From assembly GCA_038246525.1 (NCBI GenBank), contig JBBRVV010000001.1, positions 1 to 27,084 on the forward strand: DNA of 27,084 bases, written 5' to 3'. This document shows, one piece after another, positions 1-7,640 of the stretch (position 1 is its first letter; every line of letters begins with the position of its first letter). Source of the DNA: Pseudanabaenales cyanobacterium. GTDB lineage: Bacteria > Cyanobacteriota > Cyanobacteriia > Pseudanabaenales > Pseudanabaenaceae. Both the position numbers and the translations under genes were made by a program. Under the pieces are notes generated by a model, which was given only the letters and a program-made list of their open reading frames with translations, had not been told where the DNA came from and did no database searches.

Positions 1-462
1 ATGGGCGGTGACAATATCAAAACGTAGTAGCTGGGTTACGGTCAGACCACCTAAGATTCCTTGACAGATCACTAAGATCAAGGCAAAAATTGCGCCGCCA
101 AACGTCCAGCTTGGCAACTGGGCACGAACTCGCCACACACTTCCCACTAAAATTAAAGTAAAAGCTCCCATGGTCGTAGCCAGGACGCGGTGGAACCATT
201 CCAAGAAAACTAAAAGATCCATTTCCTTTAGTGGGACTAATTCGCCATAGCAAAGGGGCCAATCAGGACAGGAAAGCCCCGCATTCATTACCCTAGTAGC
301 ACTTCCTAATGCCATGACTAATAGCGTAGCGATCGCCATAAAAAATAAGTAACGACTAAGCCAAACTGATGCTTGAGACCTAGGAACTTGATCGGATTGA
401 ACCGCTTGGGGAAAAGAGTTTGAATCTTTTGCAAGATTGATTTGAAGTGGGGAAGCAGACAT
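1..462 (-). CDS. ctaA: Heme A synthase (COX15/CtaA family), 5' part; runs off the left edge
   Basis: Not in the ORF track. Manual translation from the ATG at 462 is open to base 1 and reads MSASPLQ...ALGSATRVMNAGLSCPDWPLCYGELVP...FLEWFHRV...QGILGGLTVTQLLRFDIVTAH, with the CPDWPLC Cys pair, EWFHR and QGILGG motifs of CtaA. Confidence 0.93.
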   Translation of the reverse strand, partial: MSASPLQINLAKDSNSFPQAVQSDQVPRSQASVWLSRYLFFMAIATLLVMALGSATRVMNAGLSCPDWPLCYGELVPLKEMDLLVFLEWFHRVLATTMGAFTLILVGSVWRVRAQLPSWTFGGAIFALILVICQGILGGLTVTQLLRFDIVTAH

Positions 463-590
463 AAAATTCTTAAAACAAGAAAAGTTACAAATCTACAGAT
501 ATACCCTCAGTATTACTCATCCTAGAAATAAATTCCCTGCACGCCAGCGGGCTTAATAATTTCTTCCCGTCGGCCGGCTTTTAACAATAG

Positions 591-1295
591 TTAGGATTTT
601 GGCGAATTGCCCGATCTGCCCCTCTCTTTTTCTAGATATCTACTTAAAGCAAATGCCATATCCCCCCTAGTCATCGGCTTAAGACTATTAATTTTATTTT
701 CACTATCTAAATTTACAAAATTCTCATTCAAAGCAGTTGCCCACGCCTTCCTTGACCAAACTGGTAGCTCTTTGCTGTCGGCATAGGGAGCCAAAAACTC
801 TTTTACCGTATCTTCAGGAAACTGAAAAATGCCATAAGCATTGGCAAATGTGGCGAAACCTTCTGCCCTGGTCACCCTTTGGTTGGGGAAAAAGCGGTTC
901 TTTTCATAGCCGATCATCGTCTCTGAAGCTACAGCCGTCTTGATTGCCTGATATGCCCAGTAGTTAGAGGGAACATCGATAAATTCGGTGCTTGTTTTTA
1001 GCGATCGCAACCGATCCAAGGAAAAAGCCTTAACTAAAATTGTGGCGATCTCTGCCCGACTCAGCGCCCGTTCGGCATAAAACTTCCCATCAGGGGAATT
1101 TTGCATTAACTTGGCAGCTAAAACTTGATTGATAAAATCGGGGCGAGGCTGCTCAATTGGATTACTGGAGGGATTACTGGAACTTGCGGGCTTAGATTGG
1201 GCTTTGACTGGGTTGCTTGTAGGGAGAAATAATGAAAAAGTCAGAATAGCGATCGCTACAACTTTCGGCACTGACTGAAGTAGTTGAAAAATCAT
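591..1295 (-). CDS. Secreted S-layer homology (SLH) domain protein
   Basis: Signal-peptide-like N-terminus followed by three SLH-like repeats (LSRAE; FIDVPSNYWAY...FFPNQRVTRAE; KPMTRGD). The ORF track starts at TTG 1334; in-frame ATG 1295 is preferred because it avoids overlap with the upstream gene. Confidence 0.85.
   Translation of the reverse strand: MIFQLLQSVPKVVAIAILTFSLFLPTSNPVKAQSKPASSSNPSSNPIEQPRPDFINQVLAAKLMQNSPDGKFYAERALSRAEIATILVKAFSLDRLRSLKTSTEFIDVPSNYWAYQAIKTAVASETMIGYEKNRFFPNQRVTRAEGFATFANAYGIFQFPEDTVKEFLAPYADSKELPVWSRKAWATALNENFVNLDSENKINSLKPMTRGDMAFALSRYLEKERGRSGNSPKS
1159..1181. repeat. 12-bp-period tandem duplication inside the SLH gene (encodes SSNP twice)
   Basis: ggattactgga at 1159-1169 and 1171-1181. 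Confidence 0.7.
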
Positions 1296-1324
1296 GAATC
1301 CTATTAGTTTTTTAGATAATTTAT

Positions 1325-1612
1325 TTAAGCCCAATCATCTCTACCATCATTTTGCTTGGCAAACACTCTGCCTTTAGCATGAATTTCCCTAGTGCGGGCA
1401 AACAAAGACTCAGAGCTAAATTGCCACTTGGTCATAATTTCGGCTAAATCTGCTTGAATATCCTTTGCGCCAGGAAAACCCAAATAGCGCACCTGTAATC
1501 GAGCGAGATCGGCAAGCTGGCGTTCGGTAGGTTGCTCAATGTTGATTAGATCGTTAACTAAATTGCGATCGCCAAAATATTGAGGATGTCTTTGCTCTTT
1601 AAGCTCTGCCAT
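1325..1612 (-). CDS. Conserved cyanobacterial protein, DUF3288-like
   Basis: 95 aa with QRHPQY..DR and LARLQVRYLGFPGAKDIQADL motifs recalled from the DUF3288 family; its start overlaps the Uma2 stop (TAATG on the minus strand). Confidence 0.75.
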   Translation of the reverse strand: MAELKEQRHPQYFGDRNLVNDLINIEQPTERQLADLARLQVRYLGFPGAKDIQADLAEIMTKWQFSSESLFARTREIHAKGRVFAKQNDGRDDWA

Positions 1613-2178
1613 TAAAGCGTGATCCCCTCATAGAGTTGCTCAATTGAAAAAGCGAAGTTAATACTCTCTAACGCCACTAGATCGCTTTCCCCATAGCCAA
1701 GGATCTCCCATTTTTCTGCCGCATTTTTGCGATACAAATCTATTTCAATTTTATCGGCACTCGCCAATACATAATCACGCAAACTACTTGAGCGTTGATA
1801 GAGCTTAAATTTTCCGCCACGATCATGGGCTTCGGTGCTGGGTGATAAAACCTCCACAACCAAACAGGGATGACTTATAAAATTAGTTGCAGTGCGATCG
1901 CGATCATCACAGCTAACACTTACATCGGGATAAATGTACTGATTAGATCTTTGCACCCCTACTTTCACATCGGAGTTAAGCACCATACATTTATTACTTG
2001 CTCGCAAATGATTTTTGAGCAGAAAGCTGAAATTAAGGGCAATTCTGCCATGATTTATTGTGCCGCCAGTCATGGCGAAGACTTCGCCGTTCAGGTATTC
2101 ATGCTTACACCCTTGCTGTTCTTCCCAAACAAAGTATTCTTCAGGCGTAAATCTAGGTAAATCGTAAGCAGCGACCAT
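1612..2178 (-). CDS. Uma2 family (DUF820) putative restriction-type endonuclease
   Basis: TPEEYF..EE...KHEYLNGEVFAMTGGT..H N-terminus, YPDVSVSC and LVVEVLSPST PD-(D/E)xK-like motifs. Confidence 0.92.
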   Translation of the reverse strand: MVAAYDLPRFTPEEYFVWEEQQGCKHEYLNGEVFAMTGGTINHGRIALNFSFLLKNHLRASNKCMVLNSDVKVGVQRSNQYIYPDVSVSCDDRDRTATNFISHPCLVVEVLSPSTEAHDRGGKFKLYQRSSSLRDYVLASADKIEIDLYRKNAAEKWEILGYGESDLVALESINFAFSIEQLYEGITL

Positions 2179-2300
2179 AATCTTTTCCTCGCTTAGCTAT
2201 ATCGTAAGAACAGTCTTTATCTTAGCTTGTATATAAATTTTGTAATATTCTTACATTAATTAAGATTGAGTCAGTGATCCTTAAATTCATAGCCAATTTT

Positions 2301-3347
2301 TTAACGGCGCAGAATTATCATATTGCTACCAACTACAGGGCTGCGGGCAATTAGATGCTTTTCACTATCCGCCACCACTAACTTTTTGAACTTCAAAGTT
2401 TGCGATCGGTCTAACAAGTCATCTAGAAGCTGCTCTTGGCGGTTAGGCGTGAGTTGATACCAAGCATCAGTAAGCTGAATAATCAAACGCCCCAGCTTGA
2501 AATTTGTTTGCACCGACTGGATCAAAGCTTCACCGTAGCGGTTAGTTGCTGCCACCACTTGAGATTGAATGTCCGTCACCATAATCTGCTCAGGTGAAAT
2601 CGAAGCATCTCCCTGCTCTGGGGGCAAAAAGTCATCAAAGTTCTTTTCTGGACTAGGTTGCACCTGGGCTTGAGGTAGAGACTTAGCCATTGGCTTTACA
2701 GCTACAACTGCCGAGCTATGAGATGGCTTCAACAGGAAAAATAAACTTAAGGTAATGCCGATCGCCCAACTTGCGGCTTTTTTTGCTAGTAGTGGTTGCA
2801 AGCTCTTGGGAATAGAAGTAATTACTAGAAATCTGCCCACAGGTGCGATCGCGATGTTAAATTTTTGCCAATTGGGATTTTGCTGAATTTTGGTAATTGT
2901 TCCCCCTACCTGGGGAATGCTGCTAACTTTTTGCCATACCCCTGCCACCCTGGGGTCAAGCCAATCCACTCCCCAAGTAATACTACTAACTGCCCTCGGT
3001 ACAAACTGTTGCTGCCAAAAGTCCCAGGCAGTCTTAAGTTCAGTTCTGACTGGTTCGGGCAGAAGGGGTTGCTCTAGCTCGGCGGCAGTAGGGTTTAACT
3101 TAGCTTGAAGAGTGCGTGACCCCGCCGCCATAGTAGTGAGGGTCTTTGCGGTCAGCGATCGCCCTTTAAGCCAAAAATCATTTCCGACATTACCACTTGA
3201 TTCAGAGCTCACACTTAAACTTGCTGCCCCACCGTCAAGCTTAGGAATCAGCCATTCAAATAGCTTGATTGTCAGCAGCCTGAGACTAGGAAGTACTTTA
3301 TTTCCTGATTCTATTAGCTGTTGCTTAAAATCCTTGCGATTTGTCAT
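2301..3347 (-). CDS. Hypothetical membrane-anchored protein with a conserved cyanobacterial C-terminal domain
   Basis: 348-aa ORF, one hydrophobic segment (WAIGITLSLFFLL), C-terminus ...LIARSPVVGSNMIILRR resembles conserved cyanobacterial hypotheticals. Confidence 0.7.
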   Translation of the reverse strand: MTNRKDFKQQLIESGNKVLPSLRLLTIKLFEWLIPKLDGGAASLSVSSESSGNVGNDFWLKGRSLTAKTLTTMAAGSRTLQAKLNPTAAELEQPLLPEPVRTELKTAWDFWQQQFVPRAVSSITWGVDWLDPRVAGVWQKVSSIPQVGGTITKIQQNPNWQKFNIAIAPVGRFLVITSIPKSLQPLLAKKAASWAIGITLSLFFLLKPSHSSAVVAVKPMAKSLPQAQVQPSPEKNFDDFLPPEQGDASISPEQIMVTDIQSQVVAATNRYGEALIQSVQTNFKLGRLIIQLTDAWYQLTPNRQEQLLDDLLDRSQTLKFKKLVVADSEKHLIARSPVVGSNMIILRR

Positions 3348-3502
3348 GGGTATTTCTGCATCTCAAAATTCGTTCAAATTGTAACAAGTTCACTAGATAC
3401 CAACCAATGTTTTTAGGCTAGATTTTTTAACTTTAAATCCAGTTTGGCTGATTTTACTCCCTTCTCACACCAAGAATGCAGTCGTCTTGGCGATCCCTTG
3501 AT

Positions 3503-3548
3503 AGGGGCGCGTACGGAATGAAGGCGAAGCCGATAGCCCCCTCACCCC
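3503..3548. repeat. GC-rich REP-like hairpin remnant in a divergent intergenic region
   Basis: ggggc (3504-3508) and gcccc (3536-3540) enclose GGCGAAGCC (3523-3531), followed by cccctcaccccc. Confidence 0.3.
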
Positions 3549-3746
3549 CAAAATCACTAATCTTTCACTAGGAAGGGAGTCTGAATTTAGCGAATTTAAA
3601 ATCCATATAAGATGGTTGCCCTAGCCAGCTTTAGGTTTTTCAAATCTGTATTCTTTGTTTTTGAACTATTCAGGATTTTGCTGCCAAGATAGAGTGAATA
3701 AAAGTTGAAAAAATGGGGCATCGATTCTAACTGCCCAAATCTGTGT

Positions 3747-4940
3747 ATGAAAATTCTAGTTTTAGCTTGGGAATTTCCGCCACGCATTATTGGCGGCATA
3801 TCACGTCATGTGGCAGAGCTATACCCAGAGCTAGTCAAGCTCGATCATCAAGTCTGCCTAATTACTGTGGCAATTGAAAATGCCCCCTACCAAGAAATAG
3901 TAGAAGGGATAGATGTGCGCCGAATTTCGGTTACGGCGACCCAGGACTTTTTTGCTTGGATCGATGAGATGAATCAAAAAATGGGAAGCTATGTTGCCTC
4001 CTTAATAGATGATCAAAAATATAGCTTTGACCTAGTGCATGCCCATGATTGGCTAGTAGCAGATGCAGCGATCGCGATTATGCAGAAATTGCAAATTCCC
4101 TTAGTTGCCACGATCCATGCCACCGAGTTTGGGCGCAATAATGGTATACATACCGACGCTAATCGCCATATTCACTTCAAAGAAAGTATCCTAACCTCTG
4201 CCGCCCAAAGAGTAATCGTCTGCTCAAAATATATGCGAGACGAAGTAGAGAGAGCGTTTAAGTGTCCTGATACCAAAGTAGATGTAATTTATAACGGCTT
4301 AAATCTAGCGCGTGCTACCTGTTTACATCGACAAGACTTTGATCCAATTACCTGGCGGGCTAAATACGCTGAATTCGACCAGAAGATTATTTACTATGTA
4401 GGCAGAATTACTTATGAAAAAGGAATATTTATTCTGCTCAATGCGGCTCCTAAAATTTTGACCGCAATGGAGGGAAAGGCAAAGTTCGTGATCATCGGTT
4501 TAGGTGATGCCCATGCCATTATGCTCAAGCGTCAAGCCTGGAATTTGGGAATTGATCACAAAGTAACATTTACTGGATTTATGTCCGATTCAGACTTAGG
4601 CAAATTTCAGATGATTGCCGACTGTGCGGTATTCCCTAGCCTTTACGAGCCGTTTGGGATCGTTGCCCTAGAGAGCTTTGCCGCGAATATGCCAATCGTA
4701 GTTTCCAATACAGGCGGATTACCAGAGGTGGTACAAGATCAGATTACAGGTGTGGTGGCAAAGGTAAATGACCCAGATTCCCTAGCTGAAGGTATTTTAC
4801 AAATTTTACAAAACCCAAATTACGCTCGGCAGTTGGTCAAAGCTGCTCGCCTAGATCTAGAAAAAAGATTTTGCTGGCAAGCGATCGCCCTCCAAACCGA
4901 AGCCGTATATCAAAAAACTCACTTTCTCACGCTGCGTTGA
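3747..4940 (+). CDS. Glycosyltransferase family 4 (GT-B fold, glycogen-synthase-like)
   Basis: MKILVLAWEFPPRIIGG N-terminus, HAHDW, TIHATE, YVGRITYEKG, PSLYEPFGIVALES. ATG 3747 is preferred over the upstream TTG at 3705. Confidence 0.92.
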   Translation: MKILVLAWEFPPRIIGGISRHVAELYPELVKLDHQVCLITVAIENAPYQEIVEGIDVRRISVTATQDFFAWIDEMNQKMGSYVASLIDDQKYSFDLVHAHDWLVADAAIAIMQKLQIPLVATIHATEFGRNNGIHTDANRHIHFKESILTSAAQRVIVCSKYMRDEVERAFKCPDTKVDVIYNGLNLARATCLHRQDFDPITWRAKYAEFDQKIIYYVGRITYEKGIFILLNAAPKILTAMEGKAKFVIIGLGDAHAIMLKRQAWNLGIDHKVTFTGFMSDSDLGKFQMIADCAVFPSLYEPFGIVALESFAANMPIVVSNTGGLPEVVQDQITGVVAKVNDPDSLAEGILQILQNPNYARQLVKAARLDLEKRFCWQAIALQTEAVYQKTHFLTLR

Positions 4941-4998
4941 ACCTTAGTAGGAAAAAAGGTAGTAGCAAAAAAATCTAGAACTGCATACCTAAAAGCTA

Positions 4999-5004
4999 TA
5001 TGAT
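4999..5004 (+). promoter_or_regulatory. Candidate -10 element upstream of the ATP synthase gamma gene
   Basis: TATGAT 32 nt upstream of ATG 5037. Confidence 0.25.
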
Positions 5005-5036
5005 TGAAAGCTGATCAAGCCCCTAGCATTTTATTT

Positions 5037-5984
5037 ATGGCAAACCTAAAAACTATCCGCGATCGCATCAGTAGTGTCAAAAATACTCGCAAGATCACTG
5101 AGGCAATGCGCTTAGTTGCCGCCGCTAAGGTGAAACGTGCTCAACAGCAAGTGCTTTCTACCCGTCCTTTTGCCGATCGCTTAGCTCAAGTGCTTTACCG
5201 TTTGCAAACCCGCCTAAAATTTGAAGATGTAAGCCTGCCCCTGCTACAGCAACGCCAAGTTAAGAATGTGGCAATCGTGGTAATTACAGGCGATCGCGGA
5301 CTTTGTGGTGGATATAACACTAATGCTATTCGCAAAGCAGAAGACCGTGCCAAAGAGCTAAAAGCCAAGGGCCTCGATTTTCAGTTTGTTCTGATTGGGC
5401 GCAAAGCAATTCAATACTTCAGTCGCCGTGAGCAACCAATTGCTGCCAAGTTTATGGGTCTGAATCAAATTCCCAACTCTACTGATGCGATCGCGATCGC
5501 TGACCAGATTAGTTCCGCCTTTCTCTCAGGCACAGTAGATCGAGTGGAGTTGATTTATACTCGTTTTATTTCACTTATTAGTTCTCGTCCCGTAGTTCAA
5601 ACTTTGTTACCCCTTGATCCCCAAGGTTTAGAACCCAGTGATGATGAGATATTCCGCCTGATTGTGCGTGGTGGTCAGTTTCAAGTGGAGCGCCAGCCTT
5701 TGGAAACCACCGTGCGAGAAATGCCGACGGAAATGATCTTTGAACAAGACCCGGTCGAAATTTTAGATGCACTTTTGCCGCTTTATATTGACAACCAATT
5801 GTTGCGCGCCCTGCAAGAATCAGCTGCTAGTGAACTTGCTGCAAGGATGACGGCGATGAATAATGCCAGTGACAATGCTGTAGAAATCGTGAAAAGTCTG
5901 ACTTTGCAATACAATAAAGCCCGTCAAGCCGCTATCACCCAAGAGATCTTAGAGGTAGTAGGTGGGGCAGAGGCATTAAAGTAA
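5037..5984 (+). CDS. atpG: F0F1 ATP synthase subunit gamma (atpC in cyanobacterial nomenclature)
   Basis: [78 protein letters not shown]; carries the cyanobacterial-type insertion without the chloroplast regulatory Cys pair. ATG 5037 is the canonical start. Confidence 0.99.
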   Translation: MANLKTIRDRISSVKNTRKITEAMRLVAAAKVKRAQQQVLSTRPFADRLAQVLYRLQTRLKFEDVSLPLLQQRQVKNVAIVVITGDRGLCGGYNTNAIRKAEDRAKELKAKGLDFQFVLIGRKAIQYFSRREQPIAAKFMGLNQIPNSTDAIAIADQISSAFLSGTVDRVELIYTRFISLISSRPVVQTLLPLDPQGLEPSDDEIFRLIVRGGQFQVERQPLETTVREMPTEMIFEQDPVEILDALLPLYIDNQLLRALQESAASELAARMTAMNNASDNAVEIVKSLTLQYNKARQAAITQEILEVVGGAEALK

Positions 5985-6168
5985 AGCTTTCGTAAGTCAA
6001 TATTTATGGCTGTTTCTGAATTGAGCAAGACTGATTTGGGGGCTTTGCAACTTGATTGATCCTTGGTTAGATTCTGTTTACTAACTAAACTAATTTTCCA
6101 ATAGTTCCGTTCTGCCTTAAATCTTGTGCTTAGAATAAATTATTTTTTTAGATTAAATCGCAAAAAAT

Positions 6169-6177
6169 TGCTATGCT
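6169..6177 (+). promoter_or_regulatory. Candidate extended -10 promoter for the anti-sigma kinase gene
   Basis: TGcTATGCT (TGn + TAnnnT) 31 nt upstream of ATG 6209. Confidence 0.3.
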
Positions 6178-6208
6178 AATATCAAAATGTAGGGTCAGGC
6201 GTTAAATC

Positions 6209-6631
6209 ATGAGCGACACGCTGATAAAGCTACGCATATCCATACCTCCAGTAGAAGGCGTAGAAGATGCCCCCATAGCTGCGGTTGCAGCACTTGCTCA
6301 CAAGATGGGGTTTTCTGAGAACAGGGTGCAAGATATTATTCAAGCACTGACTGAAGCCTGTGTGAACTCAATTCTTTACACCACTCCATCAGAAGTGGAT
6401 ATTGAAGTTATGGTAGCAATGTCTGAAAACAGCTTGATGATCGAGGTACGGGATCAAGGACCTGGTTTTAATCCAGATAACGTTAAACCGCCGAACTTTG
6501 AAGAGATTGCAGAAATGGGTACAAAAAATGGGGGATTTGGGCTACACATGATTAAGGGATTAGTGGATAAAGTAGAAATAGAATCATCTGAAAATGGCAC
6601 GATTGTAAGAATGTATGCTTACTTGCCATAA
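6209..6631 (+). CDS. RsbW/SpoIIAB-like anti-sigma factor / Ser kinase (HATPase_c)
   Basis: N box EACVN, G1 box DQGPGF, G2 box GGFGL; 140 aa with no other domain. Confidence 0.9.
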   Translation: MSDTLIKLRISIPPVEGVEDAPIAAVAALAHKMGFSENRVQDIIQALTEACVNSILYTTPSEVDIEVMVAMSENSLMIEVRDQGPGFNPDNVKPPNFEEIAEMGTKNGGFGLHMIKGLVDKVEIESSENGTIVRMYAYLP

Positions 6632-6900
6632 AAAATGATTTAGTTCTATCAATTGATTTAATCTTCTAAATTCTAATTTCTGTATATAAGAAATCTGAAA
6701 ATAGAGAATATTAAGTTGTATAGTTTGATCCCTATCCCATCCTTCATCCCAACTACTATTCATTTGTTTCCCCTGAGATTTATCTGAAATCTAACGTTCA
6801 ATCACTAAACTCATTCATCAAGTTTCACTAGTTTAATCTAGCCAAGTAAATCTCACTAAGCAAGTCTCATTAACAAGATCAAAACTAAGTTGCTAAAATT

Positions 6901-7251
6901 ATGACCCACTCTTCATTCCTTCAAGACGACCTCAAAATTTCTGAACAGCAAGAAAACGATCAAGTAATTTTGAGACTTACTGGTGCGCTAAGTGTTACTA
7001 CTGTGCCTCAGTTCCGCCAAATGGTACAGCCTTTCCTAGAGAAGAAATTGGCGTTAATCATCTTGGACTTTGAAGGGGTTACTAAGATTGTCAGCCGTGG
7101 AGTGGGTGCGGCGATCGATATGGCAGTGCAAGCCAAGAAACAAGGTAGTAAACTGCGAATCGAAAATGTCGGAAAGTATGGTCGCTCTTTGTACATCCAA
7201 GGTGTTCATTTAGTTGCGGATGTGCCAGAACTTGAGGGATTTGAACCATAA
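6901..7251 (+). CDS. STAS-domain anti-anti-sigma factor (RsbV/SpoIIAA-like)
   Basis: VILRLTGALSVTTVPQFR...IILDFEGVTKIVSRGVG STAS pattern; lies directly after the RsbW-like gene. Confidence 0.85.
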   Translation: MTHSSFLQDDLKISEQQENDQVILRLTGALSVTTVPQFRQMVQPFLEKKLALIILDFEGVTKIVSRGVGAAIDMAVQAKKQGSKLRIENVGKYGRSLYIQGVHLVADVPELEGFEP

Positions 7252-7274
7252 CTCAATTATCATAAAATAAAAAT

Positions 7275-7303
7275 ATCCCTGAAATAATCTCTTTTTCAGG
7301 GAT
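7275..7303. terminator. Inverted repeat, probable intrinsic terminator after the STAS gene
   Basis: atccctgaaa (7275-7284), 9-nt loop, tttcagggat (7294-7303): a perfect 10-bp stem. The T-rich tail is better on the minus strand. Confidence 0.6.
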
Positions 7304-7461
7304 GAGTCTTTATAAAATTTTCTGGAACTAGCTCAAAAATACCTGTCTGAAATGGACTTAGCACCTAACCCTAAAGTGATCGCTATTGATCGCCTTGAGA
7401 GAATTTGAGCGATCTTAGTTTGGCTTATAAATTTTTTACTTGATTAATCTGTCAAATTTAA

Positions 7462-7491
7462 CTGGATAACTCTGGATAACTCTGGATAACT
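7462..7491. repeat. Intergenic tandem repeat, 3 x ctggataact
   Basis: Three perfect 10-bp units upstream of ilvC. Confidence 0.9.
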
Positions 7492-7625
7492 ACAGTACCT
7501 TGATTGAGAATATTTATAAAATTCCTAAAGATTTAGGTGAGTTCTTAGCAAACCTGATGTTTTTAGTGGAGCCAGTTTCGCTACAATAACGATCCTAACT
7601 TTAATTTATTAGCTTTTTACTCACC

Positions 7626-7630
7626 AGGAG
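7626..7630 (+). promoter_or_regulatory. Shine-Dalgarno of ilvC
   Basis: AGGAG 10 nt before ATG 7641; a TACAAT -10-like hexamer lies at 7582-7587. Confidence 0.55.
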
Positions 7631-7640
7631 ATCCTCAAAT

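Noticed and set aside
17-262. 81-aa ORF from the track
   Set aside because: Out-of-frame shadow of ctaA, which occupies another minus-strand frame (1-462) with clear family motifs
484-500. RpaB/HLR1-like direct repeat upstream of ctaA (gttacaaatctacagat)
   Set aside because: TACA half-sites are 8 bp apart, which does not fit the HLR1 repeat period
2241-2255. NtcA binding site
   Set aside because: Spacing is GTA-N7-TAC, not the canonical GTA-N8-TAC; kept only as an unassigned palindrome
6802-6877. Degenerate tcacta/tcatta repeats upstream of the STAS gene
   Set aside because: Irregular spacing (23, 28, 14 bp) in AT-rich DNA; not distinguishable from background
7316-7409. Protein-like reading frame NFLELAQKYLSEMDLAPNPKVIAIDRLERI in the STAS-ilvC spacer
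   Set aside because: Preceded by an in-frame stop, no plausible start or RBS, and no family recognised; could be a decayed gene fragment but cannot be supported
7462-7491. Possible CRISPR array
   Set aside because: Units are 10 bp, directly adjacent, with no spacers and no cas genes
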